Origin: Blasia pusilla
Lineage: Eukaryota
NCBI GenBank assembly: GCA_050084515.1
Contig: CM114271.1
Span: 44,392,001 to 44,456,000 of the forward strand
Length of the DNA stretch: 64,000 nucleotides
Direction: 5' to 3'
In this document: positions 42,201 through 53,000 of the stretch, one piece after another
Layout: each line of letters begins with the position of its first letter
Numbering within the stretch: the stretch's first letter is position 1
Made by a program: the position numbers and the translations under genes
The notes under the pieces: generated by a model
Seen by the model: the letters and a program-made list of their open reading frames with translations, nothing else
Told to the model about the DNA's origin: nothing
The model's database searches: none

Positions 42201-43850
42201 CATCATCCTCTACTTGTCTCATCAAGCAAAGGAATCCTTCCTCTAACTCGGCCAAACTCGTCCTCGTGATGGCGTTCACCAACTCCGTCTCCCTAGGCAC
42301 CTCACGAACCAATATGACGTCCGTCCGTTTTCCGTTAACCAAGATGCTCAACCTCAAAGGTCTTCGCCTCAGTTCTACCTCATACGCATCCAAGAACGTG
42401 TTCCCCAAGACTCCGTCGATACCGTCCATGTCGCAAACTGTGAAATTCTCCTTCAACTCAAATACTCCGCATCTCACAACTAGCCCTAAAACCATATCTG
42501 AAGTTTGGTGGGACTTGCCTCCCGCGAATCCTACCCTAATGGGTTCATCCGTCTTGGTGGTTGGTAATCCCAACGTTGTCACAATTCTCGGACTCAAGAA
42601 TGAGTGCGAAGCACCTGTATCAACGAGCAACATCACATCGCGATTAGCGATCCTCGATCCTAGGTAAACCAAATTGGGCGTTCTCTTGGTGACTTGTAGA
42701 GATGTATCTAGATCTCCCTCCAATAAATGCTTAGCGGCAAATGCAATCATACTCGGTTTACTAACCTTGGGCCTAACACATTCCTTAGCCATATGTCCGG
42801 GTTTGCCACAGTTGTAGCAAATCACTTTGGCATTCGTTGACTTCGTAAACGGCGGCCCTTTTGGCTTTGCGTTGATTTCCACTCGTTTCGCTGCTGGGGC
42901 AAGAGACCCTACGTGGTCGCGCTCACCCCCATTCCAAAACCCTCTTGGATGTCCCTTTGTTTTTCAGAAACTTAGAAAAACTTTTTGGCTCAAAGGGTTT
43001 CGGGTGTTGGACTTCATCGTCCCCAATCCGCTCTGCTAGTCTCAAAAGATCCGCGCACGTCTCTGGGATGTGAGGCATACAAAAGAGGGCCTTTTTGGCA
43101 CTCGGTTTGAGTCCACTTAGGAAGATCACCTTTTTTGTATGTTCATCCGTGGAAAGTGCACTCATGAGTGCACTAAACTCTCGCACATAAGCGCCAAGGG
43201 ATCCACTCTGGCGCAACCTCACCACCTCCATGCCATCGCGATAGTCCTGATATTCCGGAGTGAATCGGTTCCCAATCAACTCCTTGAAATCTTCCCAACT
43301 CAATGTTTTCCCACGACCTAGATGTTCTTTACGGTGAGCCGTCCACCAATGGAGAGCGTGATCCTTGAAACGTGACGCTCTGATCACTTTGTCTTGTTAA
43401 ATGCTCCGCTTTTGCGCTTCGAAATAAAGTTCACTTTCCGAGAACGCCCCATTCTTGTGAATGGCATAGGCAAATTAGTCTTACAAAGCTTCTTGCCGGA
43501 ACTAGAGGCTCCATTTGACTTGAATTCTCATATCACCTTGCTCTGTTCGGCCATCTGGTCCGCCATCACCTTCATCAATCCCATCATTTGGATATAAAAG
43601 GCCGGATCGTTTAAGTTTGGACCCAAAGGTCCCGCGGAAAGATTTTCGGTTGGAACATCCTCATGTCTGGGACTCGGCACTTTGGGCGTCGCAAATTCCA
43701 CCTCTGGCTCTCGGTCCGTCATTGATTCGTCCCTCGACTTTTTTGCTTTGACTCGCGATTTCCTCGGTTCTTCGCCTTTGGTCGCCATTTGCGAGTCTTC
43801 GCTTTCTCAGATCTCCTCCTCGCCTCTTGCGTTCCTCCTCGGCATCGTGG
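39300..43850 (-). pseudogene. Chromovirus gag-pol (Gag, CCHC, PR, RT, RNase H, IN, chromodomain) with a few stops/frameshifts
   Basis: CYNCGKPGHMAKEC; LLVDTGASHSF; YIDDILIYS; VHTDASDFAI; HDGLLAGH..CMTCQ; IVSDRDPKFTS; GPY; chromodomain EFEVETILRSR...YEYLVKWKGY..EATW. Confidence 0.93.
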
Positions 43851-43924
43851 TCTTCCGGCTACCTTGAGTTCTCCCCAAACGTCCAGATCTTCAACGACCC
43901 CAAGTTCATGCTCAACAAGGATAA

Positions 43925-43936
43925 GCTCTGATACCA
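43925..43936 (-). other. Primer-binding site complementary to initiator tRNA-Met
   Basis: Minus strand TGGTATCAGAGC, 2 nt inside the 5' LTR. Confidence 0.95.
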
Positions 43937-43938
43937 CG

Positions 43939-44969
43939 TGTCGTACGCCTACTCTCCTTGAACGTTTACCTTGTTTGTTGCGGAAGCGTGCGTTTAGTAG
44001 GTCACACTCTCAACGATGATTTGCATCCAAACACGCACTTCGGTTAGTCGGGTCTTGGATCAATCAGCGGGATTACTTTCCGAGTTCTCGTCTCGGACTC
44101 TCATCAAGCTCAACGTTCCTAGTTTTGCGGTTTCCAACACGGGCAAATCCCGAAAGACTTGGGACAGACTTTCTGGTCGGTTTAGGAAATTGAAACGGCA
44201 TTTCGCGCCTAGCGGTTCCAATCGTCCGATGGACATCCAATGAGTTCCTCACCAAGACTCGCACGAAGTGAATCTCGGGTTGGAATCCAAGTGTGGCGTA
44301 CAAAGTCCACTCCCTTGGATCAGGTTTGGGTTTTGAGTTCCAACGCCAAACTCCCGTTCCATCCCGTGCCTCTGAAACGCCGTTTGGCGCCCAAAGTGGG
44401 GATTCGTTTCCCGAGACATCTCGGAGAGAATCCTCCCTTACTAGTACTTCTGGGGATCTCCGGGGGCCCCCTACATTTAGGGAAAGACACCCGGGCCTCT
44501 CCAATTGGCCCTCAACCCGATTGCTCTTTCAATAGTTTTTGGCCAATATCTCAGCCTGTACTTATGTGTTTGCTGAGATCTTTAGTGCGTCGGAAGCGTC
44601 TCAAGATCAGCTTTCCAACGCGCCCTTATTTGTCCCAAACGCATATCGGATCTCAACGTTATGGTCTTAAACACAGTCAGATTCTCCCAAACGCTAGTGG
44701 TGTTTCAAATTGGTTCTCACCTCTTTGGCAACCAACCTCCCAAGACTCAACTCATCTCAAGTCTTGGCTCGCGTTGGGTCTAGGTTTCCAAGTCGCGACC
44801 ACTAAGGCATGAAACGCACAACTCTGTTCCGCATTTCGTCTCTTAGACTTTTCCAAGAGACTTTTCCAAACGCCTCTCCAAAGCGCAAACCTTGCAGCGT
44901 GAGTTCCTTTGAGTTCTGATGTTTCGCTTGGCGCCTATTTGGTGTTGTTTGGTTATGAGGGTCGCGACA
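43939..44969 (-). repeat. 5' LTR of chromovirus
   Basis: TGTCGTACGCC...GGTCGCGACA. Confidence 0.97.
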
Positions 44970-44979
44970 CTATCCGCTG

Positions 44980-45930
44980 GAGGGTATTTGTGTATTAGAT
45001 CTCTTTGGTGGGATAAGCTATGGTTTGGCTGCAGTGTTGTAGGACGGTACTCCTGTGCGGAGATACGTGTATGTGGAGCAAGATGAGACGGCCTAGAGAG
45101 TCTCATCCAGACATATTGGTCAGTTGATGCGGAGATATCCTGAGTTGTTGCCACTATCAGCTTTTCGTGGGTACCGACGTGCTTAGCCGTCACACATTGC
45201 ATTGTTGGGGGCGTAGGACCTTGAGAGGATTGGTTGTGTGGATTTGGTGATTGCTGGATGGCCATGTCAGGGTCATACACATGCTGGTCGTGATGAGGGA
45301 TGACACGACCCTAGGTCTCGATGGTTTTGGGAGATGTTACGGGTGTTATGACATCTTCAGGTTCATTAGGCACGTGCTCCACCTTACATTCTGGAGAAGG
45401 TTCCATTCTTGGGTGACACTCGGACCCAGATGATGGCGAGTGTTCATGAGGTGCGGTCTTGGATTGGACCAACGATGTTGTTGGATGCAGCACGAGTTGG
45501 CTCGCGTGCACATCGTCCACACTTGTGGTGGAAAAACTTGTTGCCTAGGGAGGTTCTACGTTGAGCATATGATGCAATCCAGTGAGATCCTTGCCTTGCA
45601 GTGGATAGTATCTTGGATACTGGGCGACTTTCTTAGGTGGTGAGGGTTATTGATCGGTCACCCATGACAGTGGTGAACCGTGTGGGCCAGCCTAGGATGG
45701 CACTACCCACATTTTTGAGTTTTCCCTCGTCACATGCCTACAGGGAAGGTGGTCACGGGCTTGTATGGGATTCTCATGTGCGACTGTTGGTGGAGCCTAA
45801 CGCTGATGAGAGAGAGTGTGCTATGGGATTTGCTACTGGTGTGACAGCGGTTGCTTCCATTTCTGAGGCTTCACGACGTCATGTGTTACTTCAGGCCATG
45901 GACCTAAATTGTTTGACCTGGATTTTGAGT
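44980..45930 (+). pseudogene. E3 DNMT3-like C5-cytosine DNA methyltransferase domain (within pol)
   Basis: Motifs in canonical order: ICVLDLFGGISYGL (I), YVYVEQD (II), DLVIAGWPCQGH (IV, catalytic PC at 45262-45267), YILEKVP (VI; ENV in other copies), LDAARVGSRAHRPHLWWKNL (VIII), ERECAMGF...SRRHVLLQAMD (IX/X). Several in-frame stops. Confidence 0.88.
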
Positions 45931-46208
45931 CTTGGTATGGCCGAGCAGCGTCGACTTTGGACCATGTCTATGGATCTTCCACCCCTTGTGATGAGCTCGA
46001 TGGCTATTGGGACACTAGAGACATTGGCTGGGGGCAAGGAGAATAGTATTTTGCATCCTTAGAGTAAATGGGATGTAATGGCTGGGCATGTGGAGTTCGT
46101 TGCTCATGCTGATGGAGGAGTTATTTGCTCAAATGATGGTGTAGCTAAGGGTGTACCATCTTGTGAGGGGATTGCCTAGCAGCCAATGCGTCGTCCTCTC
46201 CCTCTAGT

Positions 46209-49200
46209 GTGCCAATGGAGGAGACTTGGGAGCCATTACTTGGGCCCAAGCTTACGGGAGGTGAGAAACGACGCTTGACACAGTTCCTACGTGCTTATAG
46301 GAGTTGTTTTGCCATTAGCATGAAGGAGTTGGGTGCTTGGGTTGGACCCGGTATACAGATTGATTTGGCTAGTGATATGCCAATCTTTCATCGTCCCTAC
46401 CGATATAGTGATATGGAGAGGGACCTGATTCAGAGTAGGACGTTGGACCTTTTAGAGGCTGGATTAGTGGAGTTGTCGCATGGAGAGTATGCGCCAACCA
46501 CTGTCATGCCTGCTAAAAAGGATGTGCATGGCAACTACATGGATAGGTGGATGTGTGGAGATTATTGTCCTATCAATCGGCAGACCAAGGCTGATAAGTA
46601 TGCCATGCCTACACCTGAGGAGATCTTTGATGTGGTGGGACAGGCAAAGATTTTCAGTAGTTTGGATCTTTGGGGAGGATACCATCAGTTGCCGATTCGA
46701 GAGAGTGACAAGGCCAAGACAACATTTTGGGGTGTCAACTCTCATGGCAAGTATTGTTTGTACCAGTGGAAATTCTTACCCTTTGGGTTGAAGAATGCAC
46801 CTGCCGAGTTTCAGAGAGTGATGGACAAGATCCTAGCAAGGTTGGATTTTGTTTGGTGTTACATTGATGATATCTTGGTGTTCAGTAACACGGTGGAGGA
46901 GCATCAGATAAATTTGCATATTGTGTTTGAGCGGTTGAAAGCTCATGGTCTACGTTTGCATCCAGGAAAGTGTAAGTTCTTCCATGAGGATGTTGAGTAC
47001 TTAGGTCATGTGATCTATCCAGGTGGTTTGGGAGTTCATCAAGCAAAGGTGGAGGCTATTGCACTTATTCCTCATCCGGTAGATGTGAGTAGAGTTCAAG
47101 CATTCATGGGATTGGCGAACTACTATCAGAGGTATGTGAAGAGATTTAGTGCTATGGCCAAGCCTTTGAACCAATTTCTGAAATCGGATGAGGAGTGGCA
47201 TTGGGGAGATGATCAAGAGAGAGCTTTTGTGGAGCTCAAGGCCCAGTTGGTGGCGGCGCCTATCTTGAGGAGACCTATTAGAGGGCGCCTATTTCAGTTA
47301 CACACTGATTGGAGTAGGTTGGGACTTGGAGCGGTGTTGACACAACATGATGATGAGCACATGGAGTTTGTGGTGGCCTATGCAAGTTGTTCGAATAATG
47401 CAACGGAGTCGCGCTATAGTTAATATGAGGGAGAGTGCTTGGCAGTAGTGTGGGCTGTGGCACACTTTAGGTGTTACTTGTTTGGCACACAGTTTACCCT
47501 TGTTACTAATCACCAGCCGCTCAAGTGGTTGATGGAGTGTGACAAGCTTACAGGGAAGCTTGCACGGTGGGCTCGTATCTTTCAGGAGTATGACTTCCAG
47601 GTGGTACATAGATCTGGAGTTGCAACCTTGATGCTGATGGGTTGAGTAGGAACCCATGTACTAGCCAAGAGGATACAACTGGGGCTAGATGGCATGGTGA
47701 GGTTGATGAGGAGATGGTGCCGGGTTGGCATGCATCTGCCTTTTTATGTTGGTTAGGGGTGGACTCTAGTATGGAGGACCACATGATATCTTACTCTAGT
47801 CAGACGGTAGATGGCGAGTCTTTAGATCCTAAGGTTGGAGATGGTGGTACGGATCAGCGTGATATTCATGATGATGCGTTGGTGTTGGAGTTCCTATTGA
47901 CCAGTAGGGTGCTAGACATAGTGAGTGCCAAGGAGCAAGACCGTGTTCTTCAACGTGCTAGGAGGTATCGATTGGAGGAAACACATATTCTTCTTGTGTG
48001 GGAGGATGGTAGAGTACGAGTGGTGCCGCATTTGGCTCAGAGAGAGCGCATTGTGCGACATGCTCATGAGGAGTTGGGACATTTTGGGGTAAAGCGTACG
48101 TATAGCTTACTCCTTGGCCAATATTGGTGGCGTGGCATGCATACTCAAGTGCAGCAGTTGGTATCACATTGTATGGTTTGTGACCGGGTGAGGGCATCAT
48201 TCAATGCACCTACACCACAGTTACACCCATTGCCTATTATGGGGTTGGGTTACCGTTGGAGTGTGGACTTTGCGGGACCGTTACCGTTGACTGTACGACA
48301 TTATCGATATGTGTCGGTGATAGTGGAGCACTTCTCCAAGTGGATTGAGTTGGTGGCATACCTAACAAGGCAAGTGAGGGAACCGCGTATGCGTTTCTTG
48401 ATAGAGTGCTTAGTCATTTTGGTGCACCAGCTGAGGTGTTGACCGACCAGGGTATAGAGTTTCAGGGTGAGTTTCAGGTCTTATGTGACAAGGTGTTGAT
48501 TGATCATCAGACCACGTATCGAGATCATGAAGAAGCGGATGGTTTGGCTGAGCGTGTGGTTCAGACGGTGAAGAGGGCATTGCGCAAGTATGGCCTACAA
48601 AAGGGGCATCTTGGAGACTGGGATATTCAGTTGCCATGGTTAGCCATGGGGTTTAGGTTTAGTCGCCAAGCATCCTTGGCTTCCTTCTCACCTTATTTTC
48701 TGTTATACGGCCGAGATCTAGACTTGCCAGCAACAATTCGTCGGGAGTCTAGTGAGGTGGTGAACCTTGATGACCCAGAGATGTGGATGAGAGTGTGTTC
48801 TCATTAGGCAGAGCTCTTTCGGAGAGTTATGCCAACAACCTTTGAGAATCTTGCCATTGCTCAACATAGGGATACGTTGCGGTATGCAACCATTCGGGAT
48901 GGAGGTTATTGGCCATCGATTTGTAGGTTCCATATGGGGGACTATGTCTATTTGCAGCAGATTGCACCGACAACGTTGGATGTGACGGCAGGCCGCACTA
49001 TTTTACGAGTGCGCAAAGTGTTAGCTTATGGAGTTCTTGTGTTGGAGGGTTGTGATGGCGTTGTTTGGAAGGACCATGTGCGTAATTGTGCCCCATGCCA
49101 TCTTCCAAATGTGGATGGTACTATTGATCCAAGCTTAGCCATGATACGTGCTAGCTTGAGGTGTATGTTGTGTGGGTCTGCTGGTAACGCAGCTCGTATG

Positions 49201-49302
49201 TTGGTGTGTGATCGGTGTTCTAGGGGTTGGCACATGATGTGCTTGACTCCATGTATGGATGTTGTTCCTACTGGAAGGTGGATTTGTTCTCGATGTACTT
49301 AG
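46209..49302 (+). pseudogene. E3 pol, 3' part: RT - RNase H - DDE integrase - PHD finger
   Basis: LPFGLKNAP, YIDDIL, LHTDWS; HAHEELGH..CMVC zinc finger, WSVDFAGP, LTDQG, DGLAERVVQTVK; terminal C4HC3 CMLC...LVCDRCSRGWHMMCL...WICSRC at ~49162-49296. Confidence 0.92.
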
Positions 49303-50057
49303 GAGGGATAGATGACTTGATCTTTGCATGATATGGATTACAGATGTGCGAGTAACGATGGGGCAACCTAGCACCCGGCCTTCTGATTGGTGCACCCACG
49401 AAGGTGTATAGCATGTAGTAGATGTATATGGCTACTTGGGAGTTAGAGGGACCTAACCGCCAGTTAGAGGGGTGAGTTTTGGTACACTTGTGTTTGTGGA
49501 TGCTCTCGTCTATGTTATCTATGTATGTGATTAAGGTTTGTCAACAATGTATGTTGTACGACGATTTGGATTCGCACGACAGGTGTCATGACCATACGGA
49601 TTATGTCGTAGAGTATAGTCTGCTAGTAGAGGCCGTACCTTATGTAGGGACGTAGTGTCTAGGTAGAGATGCGGTTTCATACATAGGGTTGGGGGTTACT
49701 CCGTTGAGGGTGACTTTTCCAGTAGGGCCCGCTCTTAGGTTGGAGGATATAGTGTGGAGTGCACTCAAAGAACAGACAGTTCTTTGAGTTGAGCATGTTG
49801 CGTTGGGAGTTAGCCTTGGTAGTGAGTAGAGCTCTTGGCTATGGTGGTTCCCGCAAGCTTCGCCCTGGATTCTCCAATCGTGGAGTGGATTTGGCTCGAT
49901 TGTATGTGATTCTATATGTGTTTTATGACAGTAGGTCTTTCACGGATTTTAGTTGTGGTACACTTGTGTTTGTGGATGCTCTCGTCTGTGTTATGTATGT
50001 ATGTGAGTATGGTATGTCAGTGATGTATGTTGTATTATGATGTGGATTTGCACGACA

Positions 50058-53000
50058 ACTCAAACCAGCTGTATCCAGGTTGAGCGTCCCAGATCTATGC
50101 ACCACATGGAAGTTATAATTCTGCAACAAAAGAGCCCACCTTGCAAGCTTCCCCTCTAAGCTTGTCGGACTCCATCAACCACTTAAGTGGCTAATGATCA
50201 GTAATGACGATAAAGGGATTGTCGAATAGATAACATCTGAAATGTGCTACAGCCTACACTGCAGCCAAGCACTCACCCTCATTCGAGCTATACTTACCCT
50301 CATCGCATCAAAGATCTTCTCAGGGATGGGCATGGCATACCTATCGGACTTTGTCTCTTGATTGATAGGTTGGTAATCTCCACACATCCGTCTATCCGTC
50401 CAATTGCCATGCACATCCTTCTTGGCGGGCATGACAGTGGCAGTTGCATACTCTCCATGCGACATCTCTACTAGTCCTGCTCCAACCAAGTCCTGGCTCC
50501 TACTCTGAATCACAGCCCTCTCCATGTTTTGTACCTATAGGGTCTTCGAAAGATCGGTGTGTCACTCCACAACTCAATGGAGATCCTGGACCCTTCAGCG
50601 TACCCAAATCATGTATACTAAATGCAAAACAACTCCTATAACTCCTAAGGAATTGGTGTATCCGACGCCGCTCTACTCCTATCAACTTAAGGCCCATATC
50701 TGGCTCCCAAGTCTCCATCGTGACTACGATAGGACTCTCCGGTACGAATGTCGGTGGTTGTTATGGTGCAACCCCGTCTCAGAAAATAGAACTCTCATCT
50801 CCACGTGCAGTACCCGGAACCACGCTTGATGTTGTGGCTATCATCTCTTGGCATACATACAAAACATCCCAAGAAGTCCAAGGGTGTGTCTCTCGATCAC
50901 CCCTAGTGTGTTGATCTCCTTGGGTCTTGCCCCTAGCCACTGCCCCAACTGTCTCTGTAGGCATGGGGCTCACCAACGCAACAACTGTGATCTGTCACAT
51001 CCTCAAACGATGCTGCTCAGCTACTACTAAGCTGAAATCCATTTCAAGCAATTCAAGTCCATCGCCTAATCCAAGACATGACGTCATGATGCATTCAATA
51101 GTGACGATACTGTCGTCACTCCTGTGGGGAATCCCATCGCTCGCTCTCGCTCATCGGCGTTGGACTCCAACAACCTCTGTACTTGGTCATCCCAAACCAA
51201 GCCAGGTCCGCCCATAGGAAGCGGGAAAACTCACAAATGTGGGAAAGGCTGCTCATGGCATGCCAATCCTCTTGACCACAATCAATAGCGGTTGATCATT
51301 GTGCCTCACTGTCTATGATCGACGGCCCGGATCCAATGTAGAATCCACCAACAAATCGGAGGGATGCTCCACTCTCGCATAAGCCCTCCGCAACACCTCA
51401 TGTGGTACCAAGTTGGTCCATAAAAGACGCGGGCATTGTGCTCTAGAACCTACACTCGCCGCATCTAACAACATTGCCGTGCCGATCCATGCGCGCACTT
51501 GATGTGCACTCGTCACCATGCGGGACCTCGAATTGCCCAAAATTGGCACATTCTCCAAAATATATCCTGGACAATGAGGTTGATGCTCATGTAAATGTCG
51601 CAAGATCCGCATCATCTCCCAAAACAACCTCAACCGAGCGTCAGCTAACCCGCTACCTCGTCCAACACTCGATTAGCCCTGACACGTCCAACCAGCAATG
51701 ACAAAGTCTATGGTCCCTACCCGCTCCAAGTCATGCGCCCCCTACAATAAAATATCCCTTGGTAGTGAACTGTGGGAACCCTAAATGGCGGACGCTGACA
51801 ACAAGTTGGGAAAACGGAGGCGTATTAGCACCACATGGTGAAGTGAAGCGTGCCTCACAACATCATCAATCTCCACATACACATACTGCTGCACGCGCAC
51901 TCCAGCGTGCAAAAAAGCAGCTAACCTAGTGTTCATCCCTCCAAAGAGATCCAACACTCGAATTCCCTCCTTTGGGATGCACCACACAATCAGGGTGGTG
52001 TCCAAAGGGGTCATAGCAGCACTCTTGCCTACCAGGGGTTCCTCTGACCCGTCACACTCTAGTGCAAACGTCTCGCTCCACGCGGTCTACACATGCTCAA
52101 TGGCTAAGCGTCGAAGCTCCTCAGTCGAGCCCCAAAGCACTGCTCTCCTCCATAGACAAATGCGGCTACCATGACACTCCTCTTCATGGAAATGTCAAGA
52201 ACGGGAATATCCTCTGCATAGACATGTCCCTCAATCAAATCACTAGGCCAAGTGATGGCACTGCTAAATGCTGCTAAGGTCGCCATCTCTCCAGGCCGTC
52301 ACTCGATCACTGCACCTATCAATCGAATGGGTAATGAGCTAAGGCACCCATCACTTGACTGCCATCCTGGTCTGTAGGATGCTGACTCTTCCCAATAATC
52401 CAGGGAAAACCCCATTGGGTATAACACTGCTCCACCAACCAGACGTCGTAGGACTCTACATCAATCACTATCCCCTTGGCTTGTACCACGGACTCATTTG
52501 TAGGATGTCCCGGCGAATCCTCACCACGACCTCCTGTCACGTGATATATTGTGTGGAACTCGCTCCACCCAAGGATGTCTGTATCCGGAATGGACAATGC
52601 TCCACATCGGCTCTCGTCAAGCCCAATCCTCTGAATGACGCTTTCCCCAACATCACGAGTTGCGCTCTTGAATCCAATAAGACATGCTGCGAATTAAAAG
52701 CTCTACCTCTAGGATTCACCAACAGGAAGACCTCTCCCTGGTTATCAAGCGACACAACACCAGAAGCCATGGCACGCTCGATCGTGGATCTAGCGAGCAT
52801 CTCCGCCATCCTAGTAGCCGCAGCCTACCATAAATTTGAAGTGGACGGCCTGGGCATCCGCTCCAAGGGCAGATCCATCACCTCCTCTGCAATCACCTAT
52901 GAATGTGATGCAAGAACTCCAACTCCATGCTCATATAGTGTAGCGTCCAACCGAAAAACCTTGGCGGGCATACCTCCCAATGTCATAACATCGGAAGCAG

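Larger units (their letters stand above)
37577..44969 (-). mobile_element. Full-length chromovirus (Ty3/gypsy) LTR retrotransposon, recent insertion
   Basis: LTRs 37577-38606 and 43939-44969 (TG..CA, only about a dozen differences by eye). TSD gtatc/ctatc, PBS, PPT and gag-PR-RT-RH-IN-chromodomain. Confidence 0.97.
32809..50057 (+). mobile_element. Element E3: DNMT/PHD-encoding Ty3/gypsy-type retrotransposon with split direct repeats (A1 32809-33174; B1 49475-49581; GG; A2 49584-49949; B2 49951-50057)
   Basis: A1 and A2 are both 366 bp and near-identical; B1 and B2 are both 107 bp. Ends TATCATGACC (A2 reads TGTCATGACC) ... GCACGACA. Flanked by gctc/actc inside copy Y's coding sequence. Confidence 0.92.

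Noticed and set aside
44980-45930. Host DNMT3 gene or gene fragment captured by chance
   Set aside because: Intronless, collinear with pol and at the same position in several diverged copies, so it is an integral element domain.
32809-50057. DIRS/Ngaro (tyrosine recombinase) classification because of the split repeats
   Set aside because: No YR motif seen; the element has an aspartic protease, an HHCC/DDE integrase, TG..CA-type ends and a short TSD.
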